Counted from the stretch's first letter, positions 41,665 to 52,489 are shown. The stretch is 64,000 bases of DNA from an uncultured Nitrososphaerales archaeon (GCA_963695855.1 CAVOHZ010000004.1:70877-134876), one strand, 5' to 3'. Numbers and translations are program-made. Notes: a model not told the origin generated them from the sequence alone.

Positions 41665-41922
41665 TTAGCCTTTTGACTTTGAATCTAGTTCAATTAACAA
41701 TTGTTGACCTTTTTTTGTTATAGAATAATTCCTAGAACTTTTTTTTATATATTCTTTCATTCTTTCAATATGGTAATAAATTGAACCGGTTGATAACGCA
41801 GTGGCATTTTGAATGTCAGAAAAACCAGCAGAACCATCTTTTTCAGATATAGCACGTAATATCCTTATACGAGTTCTTCTAGCGCGGAGTTGAGTCTCCC
41901 CTATCAATAAAAGTAATAACAA
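41665..41922 (-). CDS. ArsR-like winged-helix protein
   Basis: TRIRIL, FSDI....LSTGSIYYH, YSITKKG. Confidence 0.75.
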   Translation of the reverse strand: MLLLLLIGETQLRARRTRIRILRAISEKDGSAGFSDIQNATALSTGSIYYHIERMKEYIKKSSRNYSITKKGQQLLIELDSKSKG

Positions 41923-42099
41923 GAGAAATTATTTATTTTTTACTAAAGAAAATAGAATTTATAAAGAAGATAAAAAGTCATATAATTATATTATAAAAAA
42001 ATATCAAATTTCACATTTTCTTATACAAATAACTTAGCTCTAAAATCTTCGTAAGACTTATAGACATATCATATACTAATCTTATCTGCGATGTAATAT

Positions 42100-42235
42100 G
42101 GGGTCGTAGCGAAGCCAGGCATCGCAACGGGCTCCAGATCAAAATTTAGGGCTGGTCTCAGTGGGAAGAAACCCGTAGGTCAAGGGTTCAAATGGTAATG
42201 GTTTTTCATTATCAGAACAGCTCCCTTCGGCCCCA
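42100..42235 (+). tRNA. tRNA-Trp(CCA) with two introns (about 42138-42170 at 37/38; 42192-42220 in the T loop)
   Basis: Acceptor GGGGTCG/CGGCCCC, anticodon stem ACGGG/CCCGT with CT-CCA-G, T stem AAGGG/CCCTT. Removing 33 + 29 nt gives a 74-nt cloverleaf. Confidence 0.88.
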
Positions 42236-42376
42236 TTTGCAAATTCTAAAATTGAACTATAATAACATGATAATAAGATTTATCTTAAATAAAGAGTCAG
42301 ATAGGTGTTCTTATCAAAAGATACTCTCCCTCTCTCTCTTAGGTTACCGTATATATTAATATGAGAAAATTTTAGA

Positions 42377-43456
42377 ATGACGTATATGGAAAAAGAATCA
42401 AAATCTAATGAAAGTATAGCAATAATCGATCTTGATATTCAAGATATTGAAGGAGTTGGTCCTACAACAGCAAGAAAATTGAAAGATGCAGGTATTGTTT
42501 CGGTAATGGATCTAGCAGTATCTAGTGCGGAGGAATTATCAGAAAGTATTAATGCTACAAAAGAAACTGCTGCTTCTTTTATAATAGCAGCTCAAAAATT
42601 ATTAAGAGAAACAAATGTTTTAGATAAGGAATTTGTTACCGCTGATGCAGCATTACAAAAAAGGCGATCAATGTTAAGATGCTCAACTGGATCATATGCA
42701 TTAGATGATCTATTACTTGGTGGAATAGAGACACAAGCCATTACTGAATTTTATGGAGAATTTGGTTCAGGAAAATCGCAAATATGTCATACATTATGTG
42801 TTATGGCAAAACAACCAATAGAAGCAGGAGGTTTAGAAAGCAGTGTAATATATATTGATACAGAGGGGACGTTTAGACCTGAGAGAGTTGAACAAATAGC
42901 TAGATCAAGAGGATTTGATCCAACTGAAATTCTGAAAAATGTTGCTGTTTGTAAGGTTTATAATAGTTCACATCTAGAGCTAATAGTAAAAGATTTAGGA
43001 AAATATATTGATGATTTTAAAGCAAAATTAGTAGTAATTGATAGTATTATCTCTCTTCATAGAGCAGAATTTTCTGGAAGAGGAACATTAGCTGATAGAC
43101 AACAGAGACTAAACAATATGCTACATAAATTGATTAGACTAGCAGAAATATACAATATAGCTATAGTTATAACAAATCAAGTACAATCATCACCAGATAC
43201 GTTCTTTGGTGACCCAACAAAAGCTACTGGAGGTAATGTGCTTGGACATGCATCTACATATAGAATTTATCTAAGAAAATCTGGAGAAAATAGAGTAGCA
43301 AAGATGATGGATTCTCCTTATCATCCATATTCAGATACAAGGTTTACTGTTACTGAGAGAGGCACCGATGACATAGAGGAACAGACTACAAAGAAAGGAA
43401 ATAAAAAAACATCAAAGAAGAATGAAATCGATAATGAAGAAGAAGAAGAAGAATAA
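42377..43456 (+). CDS. radA: DNA repair and recombination protein RadA
   Basis: HhH N-domain, GEFGSGKSQ, YIDTEGTFRPER, LVVIDS, GGNVLGHAST. Confidence 0.97.
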   Translation: MTYMEKESKSNESIAIIDLDIQDIEGVGPTTARKLKDAGIVSVMDLAVSSAEELSESINATKETAASFIIAAQKLLRETNVLDKEFVTADAALQKRRSMLRCSTGSYALDDLLLGGIETQAITEFYGEFGSGKSQICHTLCVMAKQPIEAGGLESSVIYIDTEGTFRPERVEQIARSRGFDPTEILKNVAVCKVYNSSHLELIVKDLGKYIDDFKAKLVVIDSIISLHRAEFSGRGTLADRQQRLNNMLHKLIRLAEIYNIAIVITNQVQSSPDTFFGDPTKATGGNVLGHASTYRIYLRKSGENRVAKMMDSPYHPYSDTRFTVTERGTDDIEEQTTKKGNKKTSKKNEIDNEEEEEE

Positions 43457-43477
43457 TATTTTTTGAAACATTTTTTT

Positions 43478-43750
43478 TTATTGATACGATAACTTTCTAT
43501 TTGAATACCACTTTCCAAACCTAATCATCGTTATACCAACTGAAATAACAAGCAAGACGATTAATAATAAAATTGGATGAATAAGAAGATTTAGTGGATA
43601 TGGTGCTTTGGAAAAATAAATGCATTTAATATCACTATTACATTCTTTAATAACTGGAAATGCAAGTAGTGTAACAGCAAAAACTATTAAGGAAATTGTT
43701 CCTATTGACGCGGCTACTGCGCCTAATTTTATTATCAGGGATATATTCAC
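43478..43750 (-). CDS. Small two-TM membrane protein
   Basis: Two hydrophobic helices with a Cys pair in the loop. Confidence 0.55.
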   Translation of the reverse strand: MNISLIIKLGAVAASIGTISLIVFAVTLLAFPVIKECNSDIKCIYFSKAPYPLNLLIHPILLLIVLLVISVGITMIRFGKWYSNRKLSYQ

Positions 43751-43798
43751 AGAGAAAATTGATAGTAAATTTAGAATTCCTTCTTTTAAACTTTAGTA

Positions 43799-44419
43799 TT
43801 ATAGCTTTGATATATCCATTGTTACAAAGCTATAGTAATTGTCCTGTGCTACTTTGGAAAAATGGTTATTATAATACAAAAAAGGAAGCTCTTTGTAGAT
43901 GTGTTGGTCCCACAAATCATGAACCTTGTCAAAATATTCTTTTTTGCTCTTACCTTTTATCCTCAAAATTTCATGTAATAATATATGAGATATTCTAGCA
44001 CAATTAGAATCAGCAAAAAATTTTGAACGTTGCTCATCTGAAATTATCTTGTTAGGCCTTATCCAATATAACATTCCAAAATTATTTGTAGCATATCCAT
44101 CAACATGACAATCACTCCAAAAGGATTTGAAATATGACAGGTAAAAATGATATGTGGATTTTCCTCTCTGCTGATGGTCTCGTAAAAGATAACCAAGTGA
44201 AACTCTGTCAAATAATTTTCCTGGTATTATTGGCAGAATATCTGCAACTATACTAAAGTTTATATGAAAATATTTTTTTGCCCACCAATGAAAGAAATTT
44301 ACCATAGAAGATACATAATGCCAATCTTCCGATTGTAATTTTTCCCATTCTTCATTTCTTGCTACATAGATAAAGAATAATTTATTACTTGATATCGATT
44401 GCATATTACATTCATTCAA
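43799..44419 (-). CDS. Conserved hypothetical protein (possible zincin-like)
   Basis: Aromatic-rich ORF with SHILLHE and VHDLWDQH. Confidence 0.65.
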   Translation of the reverse strand: MNECNMQSISSNKLFFIYVARNEEWEKLQSEDWHYVSSMVNFFHWWAKKYFHINFSIVADILPIIPGKLFDRVSLGYLLRDHQQRGKSTYHFYLSYFKSFWSDCHVDGYATNNFGMLYWIRPNKIISDEQRSKFFADSNCARISHILLHEILRIKGKSKKEYFDKVHDLWDQHIYKELPFLYYNNHFSKVAQDNYYSFVTMDISKL

Positions 44420-44755
44420 AAGAAGGTAAAATTAAACATGGTTGGAATTTGAACATCCGCAGTTGCAATTATTATTACCTTCAAACAATTTTCCCATTTT
44501 AATTGTGAATAGTAATATGATTTGTGCATACGTTTAATCAATTCATAATCAGAATTAAAACTATCTACACAAGCAATACAATTTTTTAGAACTTTTAACC
44601 CTTCCATACAAAAGTATTATTGGAAAATATAATAAAAAACATTTCTATTCAATGAAAATTATAAGATAGTAATTATGAACACACTTAAATTTTAATTTAT
44701 GAAAACCTAAAATCAATCATAATTATATTAAAGATACCTTACTAATAATAGATCA

Positions 44756-45628
44756 TTGAAGGATGTTGAATCAATAATTAATGATTGGAAAACAGATGTA
44801 GTTGAACCAATTATAAAAGTAAACGATCTTGATAGGATTACGGATTCTGCATTACAATTATCAAAAATATTATATCATGATGATCTGTATTTAGAGAAAA
44901 ATCTTCATGATATTAGAATCTTGCAGACAGAACTTAATGACAAAGTAAAAGAAAGATCTAAGAAAGAGATAGTAAATAGACCTACCCAAATAATAGAAAT
45001 CATTAATGAATTTATGTTTAAAGAAAAAGAATTTAGATCAAACATTCATGATTATCAAAATCCTATGAATAATTTCTTGAATGTGGTATTGGAAAAGAAA
45101 ATAGGAATTCCAATTACATTATCAATTATCTATATTTCACTGGGAAATTCAATTAATTTTAGATTATATCCAATTAATTTTCCAGGCCATTTCTTAGTAA
45201 AACATATTCTAGATGAAAATGGAAACGAGATCATAATAGATCCATTCAATCAAGGAAGGATCATGGACGATTATTCACTAAAAAATATACTGTATAGATT
45301 TTTTCCATATCAAAAAATCTTGGTAACTAAATCATTGCTAGAAAAAACAACACTTTCACATGTAATAATAAGATTACTTAATAACCTGAAGGAAAGTTTT
45401 TTTGAAATCCAAGAATTTGAGAGACTAAATATAGCTAATGAGATGATATTATCTATAGACCCCCAAAATTCTCATGCAATAAGAGACAAAGGAATAATTT
45501 TATATAACGAAAACCCACAAGAAGCAGAGAAATTACTAATTAAATATCTTGAGCTCGAACCCGAAGCTAATGATGCTGATTCAATTTTGAATACCATCAA
45601 GAATTTGAGAGGCAGAAAAGATTTTTAA
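44756..45628 (+). CDS. SirB1/transglutaminase-like protein with TPR
   Basis: GIPITLSIIY, FPGHFLVK, IDPFNQG, RLLNNLK, RDKG. Confidence 0.88.
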   Translation: MKDVESIINDWKTDVVEPIIKVNDLDRITDSALQLSKILYHDDLYLEKNLHDIRILQTELNDKVKERSKKEIVNRPTQIIEIINEFMFKEKEFRSNIHDYQNPMNNFLNVVLEKKIGIPITLSIIYISLGNSINFRLYPINFPGHFLVKHILDENGNEIIIDPFNQGRIMDDYSLKNILYRFFPYQKILVTKSLLEKTTLSHVIIRLLNNLKESFFEIQEFERLNIANEMILSIDPQNSHAIRDKGIILYNENPQEAEKLLIKYLELEPEANDADSILNTIKNLRGRKDF

Positions 45629-46237
45629 TTTATCGGTATTTGTTACAAAATGCACAAATTATTTCTACTAAATGAATGAATAGTTTTAGTTACTTTTCAA
45701 CATTTTACAAAAAATTATTTTAGCATGGAAAAATCGTTTTGTAGTTTAATAAACAAATTTTTCGCATTTTTTCACGTATCTTGTTTAATTTCCTGATTAA
45801 ATAGAGTATTACTAAGTGAATCCATAATAGTCTGTAGTTCTTCTTCAGTTAAGGAAAGGTCATATTTATTTCTAGTCATATTTTTCATAACTCAGTATAA
45901 AGAAGTATAAATTCATTTTATAACGGATGGTTAGAATTGAGCGTGTATATAAATTCGCCATGTAAATATATAAATTGGGCATGTATATAACCCATCTTTA
46001 CCAAAGAAGCCGTTTATGGTCCTAGTTTAGTCTTTAAGGGAACATTTGAAGGTTTTTTCCATATCCTGTATATTTGAAATAGTGGTTATATACAATCCCT
46101 TACGCTTTTCATTTCACACCTAAACATATTTTTCTAATTATGTTACTATTGTTGATTCAGAATGTTGAAACAATAAAGGCACAGATAATATTCATTCCAA
46201 GCTCAGATATGTTAAATTCACATTTAATTTTGTAATT

Positions 46238-46426
46238 AGCAATAATAAGGTAGTTTTAGCTCCTTTATTGGTAACAATATTGGTAACACGTCTATTGGCT
46301 GTAAACCCGTCAATAATAACAAATGCACAAGCTCAAATGTACGACTTTAATTATAGAAAGGATCCGATTATAACCCAGTCTCAAATCCTTTTTATAACTT
46401 TATCAAAAAACTGGCGATTAATTTAA
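46238..46426 (+). pseudogene. Orphan signal-peptide fragment of an exported protein
   Basis: VVLAPLLVTILVTRLLAVNPSIITNAQAQMYD has a signal-peptide shape (AQA), but no in-frame ATG was found before it and it has no mature domain. Confidence 0.35.
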
Positions 46427-46945
46427 ATAAAATCTAACCAAGGCAGAAGGTCTTCTCTTCTTAATTTATCAATTTTTATTTTAGCTTCTTCTAATATTTT
46501 ACCACCATCTTCAGGATAATCATTAAGAACTACAACTCTTTTGATCGCTACAGTTATACACATTTTGCTACATTCCAAACATGGTGCAAAGGTGCTATAG
46601 AGTGTAGTTCCACTGGTACTAGTTGCATTTCCAAATAAGGCGCACTGCATAATAGCATTTGCTTCAGCATGAGTACATCAGACATCGATCTAAACCATCT
46701 CCAGAACTCAATTCGCCATTCATTCTTGATTGACATCTACTACAGCCACCATCGATACAATTCTTGATTCCAGGAGGAGTACCATTATAACCTGTAGCTA
46801 TTTGACGGTTGTCTTTAACTATAACAGATCCTATTTGACGTGTAATACAGTTTGAACGTAATTTAGCAATTTCAGCTTGGAGCATAAAATACACATCCCA
46901 ATTTGGTCGCACCTTGTTCCAATTCATTTTATTTACTTTATTCAT
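46423..46945 (-). pseudogene. dCMP deaminase split by a +1 insertion
   Basis: RPNWDVYF, TGYNGTP and PCLEC; deleting one base near 46678 restores RCLCTHAEANAI. Confidence 0.88.
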
Positions 46946-47051
46946 TTTTTATATCTCATAACAATTTATCTGAACTTTTTGTTATATTAATTATAAAAAT
47001 TTTTAAAGGAATTTTTATAGATATATTTCAAATAATGGAAGTGGTATTTTA

Positions 47052-47603
47052 GTGCACACATCATTACAAAAAAAAGATGAAAAACATGCAAGAACTATTT
47101 ACTTGATGGTTTTTTATTTTTGCGCGATAATAATGATATTGATTACTTTTTATTCTTTATATGTCAGTATTGATGAGTATTTAAAAACTGGTAAAGTCGT
47201 TATAGGAGAAGTTTTAGTGTATACTGAATTTCCTGTCCCAGGATTGGCAAAACTGATAACTTATTTAATGATCGTAACAGTGGTTGGATGGTATTGCGTA
47301 ACGAAATTAGGTCGAGATAAAGTGAAAAATATCCCAGAATCGGTAAAAGCCGTTCTTCAGCTTGTTGTTCTTGCGATTTTGGTTATATCGATTTATGAAT
47401 TCATTTATAATTTCATCATATGGAATTCCTTTATAACAGTAGATGCCATCAATGGAATAATGAGGTTAGACGATTTAAGTGTTCCATATCCAAATCCAAA
47501 CACACCATGGAATCTAGTCTTTGCAACAAAAATGTCGTTATCAGCCTTGCTCATTTCAGCACATGGTTTCTATACAATTTCAAAACATAAAAATAATGAT
47601 TAG
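47052..47603 (+). CDS. Four-TM membrane protein of unknown function
   Basis: Hydrophobic helices; YPNPNTPWNLVFATK. Confidence 0.7.
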   Translation: MHTSLQKKDEKHARTIYLMVFYFCAIIMILITFYSLYVSIDEYLKTGKVVIGEVLVYTEFPVPGLAKLITYLMIVTVVGWYCVTKLGRDKVKNIPESVKAVLQLVVLAILVISIYEFIYNFIIWNSFITVDAINGIMRLDDLSVPYPNPNTPWNLVFATKMSLSALLISAHGFYTISKHKNND

Positions 47604-47626
47604 TCAAAAAAATAAAAAGTTGAGAC

Positions 47627-48997
47627 CTATCCATATTGTGCAAATCTTTCAATAATTTTACATAAGCATTTGGTAGTACTTGTTAAAAGATCTATTCTAG
47701 CATATTCATTTGGAGAATGAACTCTCGAATATACAAAAGTACAACCCAATGAGATTGATGGTGCGTGAAGGATATTTTGAAAACTATACATAGGACCGGT
47801 AGCTGCCGATGAAATGTTCAAAATGGTTTGTCCAAAAATTTCTTTTGCGCATTCATTTACCAGGTTAACAAAAGGATGATCATATGGAATTCGAGCAGCA
47901 GGTACTCCATGAATGAGTTTAATATCAATATTTTTAATTCCTTGTTTTTCAACGTGTTTTTTTAAAAGCTCGAATTGTTTTTTTGGCATCATGTTGGGAA
48001 CTAATCTAAAATCTAATTTTACCGTAGCATGTGAAGGTATAATAGTTTTAGCTCCTTGTTCTGTATAGCCAGAAACCATTCCAGCTATATTACAAGTTGG
48101 ATATCCAGATAAAGCTCTTTTTATTTCAGTATCTTTTAGGTTACCTAAAAAACTGGTTATTCCATATTCTTTCTTGAAAGATTCTTTATCAAAAAGTTCA
48201 GCCGATAGAATAGATTCCTCCTCAGGTAAAAATTCCTTTATATCGTTATACCAATCTTCTATCAAGATTTTTCCATTTTCATTTACCATAGAATTAAGTA
48301 ATTTTATTAATTTCCATGCAGGATTTTCTATAATCACTGCCAAACTAGAATGAGTATCTTTGTTAGGACCAGAAGCAGTCAATTCAACATACAAAAGACC
48401 TTTCATTCCAAGACTGATTATTGGATTATTCTTTTCATTGATATAACCAAATTCCCAAATGATACCATCACACACAAATTTTTCTTTATACTTTACAAGA
48501 TATTCTTCAATGTGATTACTGCCTATTTCTTCTTCTCCTTCAACAATAAATTTTACATTACAAGGTACATCCCCAGTTTCTTTAATGAAAGATTCTACTG
48601 CTTTTATCCTAGTTATTAATTCTCCCTTGTCATCAGATGCACCACGCCCATAAACAAAATTACCAGAGATTTGACCACTAAAAGGAGGAAAATTCCATTG
48701 ATTTAGTGGGTCTTCAGGTTGAACATCATAATGGTTATAAAATAGGAGTGTTTTTCCATTAGGATTTTTTTTAGATAGTAACTCTCCAAAAAGAATAGGA
48801 GGTATATTTTTTTCATCATCAAGGTACAGAATTTCCGAATTTATTCCGGCGTTTGTCATCAACTTGTAGATCATTTCTGCACATTCTATAAGATTTTGAT
48901 TTCTAGCAGAAACACTTGGTATTCTGATTAAAGTTTGTAAATCTGAAACCATTTCGTTGATATGATAATCTATATATTTTTCTATTACATTTCCCAT
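47627..48997 (-). CDS. M20-family metallopeptidase / deacylase
   Basis: YNHYDVQP, GRGASDDKG, EGEEEIGS, HSPNE. Confidence 0.93.
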   Translation of the reverse strand: MGNVIEKYIDYHINEMVSDLQTLIRIPSVSARNQNLIECAEMIYKLMTNAGINSEILYLDDEKNIPPILFGELLSKKNPNGKTLLFYNHYDVQPEDPLNQWNFPPFSGQISGNFVYGRGASDDKGELITRIKAVESFIKETGDVPCNVKFIVEGEEEIGSNHIEEYLVKYKEKFVCDGIIWEFGYINEKNNPIISLGMKGLLYVELTASGPNKDTHSSLAVIIENPAWKLIKLLNSMVNENGKILIEDWYNDIKEFLPEEESILSAELFDKESFKKEYGITSFLGNLKDTEIKRALSGYPTCNIAGMVSGYTEQGAKTIIPSHATVKLDFRLVPNMMPKKQFELLKKHVEKQGIKNIDIKLIHGVPAARIPYDHPFVNLVNECAKEIFGQTILNISSAATGPMYSFQNILHAPSISLGCTFVYSRVHSPNEYARIDLLTSTTKCLCKIIERFAQYG

Positions 48998-49070
48998 CGA
49001 TTTAAAGCTCCATCTCTACAATTTTAACTTTCAAATTGTATTGAATATAAGGAAACTAATGTATCATAAT

Positions 49071-49130
49071 ATAATAACTAGATAATAACTAGATAATAAC
49101 TAGATAATAACTAGATAATAACTAGATAAT
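49071..49130 (+). repeat. 11-bp tandem repeat ATAATAACTAG x5 plus a partial copy, in a divergent promoter
   Basis: Units at 49071, 49082, 49093, 49104, 49115. Confidence 0.95.
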
Positions 49131-49168
49131 GAGAGCAATAAATATAACCGTGATTTAATGAAACGATA

Positions 49169-51289
49169 TTGATGATGTCATCATCTGTTCTGAAGAATAT
49201 ATTTTTTAATCCTAATTCTATTGCAGTAATAGGTGCTTCTGAAAAACCAGGTGTAGGGAAAGCAATATTTTCAAATATTGTAAATGGTTATAATGGTAAA
49301 ATTTTTCCTATCACTCCAGCAAACCCAACTGTATTGGGAATAACTGCTTACAAAAGTGTTTTAGATGTTCCAGAAAACATTGATTTGGCGGTTATTGCCA
49401 CACCTAACAAGATAGTTTCACAAGTTATGGAAGAAGTAGGAAAGAAGAAAATTAAGGCTGCAATAATAGTTTCAGCAGGATTCAAAGAGGTAGACGAAAA
49501 TGGAGCTAAACTTGAGAGAGAAATTGGAGAAATTGGAGAAAAATATGGAACTCGAATAATAGGTCCGAATTGTTTAGGGATAATGAGTCTATCGAAAAGT
49601 AACATGATGAATGCGACATTTTTAAAGATTACTCCAGAGTCTGGTGGAATAGCATTGGTATCACAAAGTGGAGCAATTTGTGCTGCTACAGTTGAAGATG
49701 CTATTGCACAAGGAATTGGATTTTCAAAAGTGATTAGTATGGGAAATAAGGTTGACATGGATGAAAATGATATTTTAGAATTATTGGCTGATGATGAGGA
49801 AACAAAGGTGATTGTTATGTACCTTGAAGATATACATGATGGAATAAAATTTATGAAAATAGCAAAAAAGATAACAAAAGAGAAGAAAAAACCAATTCTT
49901 GTTCTAAAAGCAGGACGGACACCAGAGGGTGCAAAGGCTGCCATGTCTCACACAGGTGCTTTGATGGGTTCAGATGAAACCTATGACGCATTACTTAGTC
50001 AGTCTGGTGTTATACGAGTAGATACAATGCAAGAATTATTTGAAATATCTACTGCATTTTCAAAACAGCCAATACCATCTTCAGACGGTGGAGTAGTAAT
50101 AGTTTCTAATGCAGGAGGACCGGCGATCATTTCAATTGATTCCTGTTCAAAATATGGACTGAGAACGGCAGATATTTCTTCATCAAAGTCAGAAATTGCA
50201 AAAATAATACCACCACATGGATCTGCAAGAAATCCCGTAGATATCGTTGGAGATGCAGATTTTAATAGGTTTGAGAGAGTCTTAACTGAAGTACTAGCTA
50301 ACAAAGATGTCAGTGCAATAGTTACTATGTGTACTCCTTCAGCCACATTAGATTATAATGACTTAGCCAAAACGATCATAAAGACATCAAATAATTCCGG
50401 AAAAACTATGTTGGCCGCATTAATGGGTTTAGCGGAAGGGACAGAAAATAAAAAGATCCTTTCGGATGGTGGCATTCCACATTTCACGTATGCCGAACCA
50501 GCTATAAGAACATTGGAAGCTATGTTTCGTTATAGTCGATGGTTAGAAAGAGATGATTCACTTCCCAAAGAATTTCAAGTAGACAAGATGAGAGTAAAAA
50601 ATGTCTTCGATAGAGTAAAAAAAGAAAATCGAAGAAATTTGCTTGAGGAGGAAGGTTATGAAATTCTTAAAGCATATGGTTTTTCAACTCCAAAAAATTT
50701 CCTTGCGACAAATGAAGAAGAAGCGATAAAATCGTCTAACGAGATAGGTTATCCAGTTGTAATGAAGATCGTATCACCAGAAATTGTACATAAATCTGAG
50801 TCAGGGGGTGTTAAAGTTGGAATAAGAAATCAGGATCAAGCTAGAAAAGCATTTAATGATATATTAGCGAGCGTTAAGAGTTATAATCCTGATGCCACTG
50901 TAAAAGGAGTTTTGGTACAAGAAATGATAGAGTCAGCAAAAGAGACGATTTTGGGTTCAACAAGAGATCCGAATTTTGGTCCATTAATCATGTTCGGGCT
51001 TGGAGGAATTTATGTTGAAATCCTTAAAGATGTTGTATTTAGATTGGCACCAATAAATGGTCAGGATGCTAAAGAAATGATAGAATCTATAAAAACTATC
51101 AAACTTTTAAAAGGAGCAAGAGGAGAACAGCCATCGGATATAGAAGGAATAGAAGAAAGCTTACAACGCTTATCACAATTAGTAACTGACTTTCCAGAAA
51201 TAGAAGAATTTGATATGAATCCTTTGCTAGTATTAGAAAAGGGTAAAGGAGTAAGAGCAGTTGATGTGAGGATAGGACTTCGAGAGTAA
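49169..51289 (+). CDS. ADP-forming acyl-CoA synthetase, probably the 4-hydroxybutyrate-CoA ligase of the 3HP/4HB cycle
   Basis: CoA-binding N-domain (SIAVIGAS, GPNCLG), phospho-His SHTGAL, C-terminal ATP-grasp (HKSESGGV). Domain order and sequence recall the Nitrosopumilus 4HB-CoA ligase (from memory, not searched). Confidence 0.85.
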   Translation: MMMSSSVLKNIFFNPNSIAVIGASEKPGVGKAIFSNIVNGYNGKIFPITPANPTVLGITAYKSVLDVPENIDLAVIATPNKIVSQVMEEVGKKKIKAAIIVSAGFKEVDENGAKLEREIGEIGEKYGTRIIGPNCLGIMSLSKSNMMNATFLKITPESGGIALVSQSGAICAATVEDAIAQGIGFSKVISMGNKVDMDENDILELLADDEETKVIVMYLEDIHDGIKFMKIAKKITKEKKKPILVLKAGRTPEGAKAAMSHTGALMGSDETYDALLSQSGVIRVDTMQELFEISTAFSKQPIPSSDGGVVIVSNAGGPAIISIDSCSKYGLRTADISSSKSEIAKIIPPHGSARNPVDIVGDADFNRFERVLTEVLANKDVSAIVTMCTPSATLDYNDLAKTIIKTSNNSGKTMLAALMGLAEGTENKKILSDGGIPHFTYAEPAIRTLEAMFRYSRWLERDDSLPKEFQVDKMRVKNVFDRVKKENRRNLLEEEGYEILKAYGFSTPKNFLATNEEEAIKSSNEIGYPVVMKIVSPEIVHKSESGGVKVGIRNQDQARKAFNDILASVKSYNPDATVKGVLVQEMIESAKETILGSTRDPNFGPLIMFGLGGIYVEILKDVVFRLAPINGQDAKEMIESIKTIKLLKGARGEQPSDIEGIEESLQRLSQLVTDFPEIEEFDMNPLLVLEKGKGVRAVDVRIGLRE

Positions 51290-51306
51290 AATATGTTTAA
51301 ATTAAA

Positions 51307-52197
51307 TTAACTCAATTTTTTGCCACAATCTTCACAGTAAATTGCGTCTGATTCATTTTGATTCATACATGAACTACATATTTTAGGTTTTGTCTGATTA
51401 TTTGCAGTATTTACTTCTGATTTATTATTTTGATGACGCGAAATGAGAACTATATCACCTATTTTAGAAATATTTGACCATGTTATTTCATCAGTTTTGT
51501 TACTGGTTTGATCTTCAGATATCACTTTAGTATTATTAACTTTTAATGTTATTTGTATAACTCCATTGGAAGATTTTCTAAGACCAATTTCTTTAACATT
51601 TCCAACCAACATAGCCTCATTATCATATATTGGCATTCCGATTATAGATTGGATTGGAAAATATTTATCACTTGATATCGTAACGTCTGATGATTTTATT
51701 TCATCTTTAACTGCCTTTTGAACCTTTTCTAACTCTTTTCGTTCTGTGGAAGATTTTGATGAAGTAATCTTATTCTTTTCTTGCCCTGTAGATGAACTAA
51801 TTATATTTTCTTCTTTTAATTTATTTTTAGATATTTCATTCGATGGTGGAGATTTCTTTATCAATTCCTCATCTTTATTAAACTTTCTATATTGAGATAT
51901 TGTAGATTTACAAAATGTACATTTGTATTCACCTTTTTCTACTAACTTTACACCCTCGCCGACTTCTTCATCTGGATTTTCATAAATAATATCAGGAGAT
52001 TTAGGATAATCCTTTTCACATTTGTTACAATAGTATTTTAAAATTCTATCTTTATCTAATCGCCCAATTCCAGCTATAAATAATTCCGGTCCCCCAAGGT
52101 TTCCTTTTTTTTGTTCACTTTCTGAAACTCGTGCTATTATAAAACCTCCAGAACCACGCAGTTTTTTCTCTTTTAAATCTTCATCTTCTGCCATCAT
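51307..52197 (-). CDS. Zn-finger + PRC-barrel + zinc-ribbon protein
   Basis: CNKC/CTFC; IIGMPIYD....VGNVKEI...ITWSNISKIGDIVLI (PRC barrel); CSSC...CEDCG. Confidence 0.8.
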   Translation of the reverse strand: MMAEDEDLKEKKLRGSGGFIIARVSESEQKKGNLGGPELFIAGIGRLDKDRILKYYCNKCEKDYPKSPDIIYENPDEEVGEGVKLVEKGEYKCTFCKSTISQYRKFNKDEELIKKSPPSNEISKNKLKEENIISSSTGQEKNKITSSKSSTERKELEKVQKAVKDEIKSSDVTISSDKYFPIQSIIGMPIYDNEAMLVGNVKEIGLRKSSNGVIQITLKVNNTKVISEDQTSNKTDEITWSNISKIGDIVLISRHQNNKSEVNTANNQTKPKICSSCMNQNESDAIYCEDCGKKLS

Positions 52198-52489
52198 AAT
52201 GAGTAATAGTTCGATCGAAAAACACTCGTATTAGTGTTTGTATAAATTATATCCAATTTTAATACAGACCAGAATATAATTACATTATGGACATAAAAAG
52301 AAAAACTTGTATATTAAATACTTTTCATTACCATACATTTTAAATTTTATTTATTAAATTAATAATCAATAATAAAATATAAAATCAACACAAGAATGAA
52401 ATTATTATTAATATTTAAACAATTAATAGATAGTTATCAGTTTAAAGGTTCGGTATATATATAATACCTAAAGAGGATATTTAATATAG

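Noticed and set aside
49169-51289. Protein lysine acetyltransferase (Pat) partner of the sirtuin
   Set aside because: It has no GNAT domain and the catalytic phospho-His is retained.
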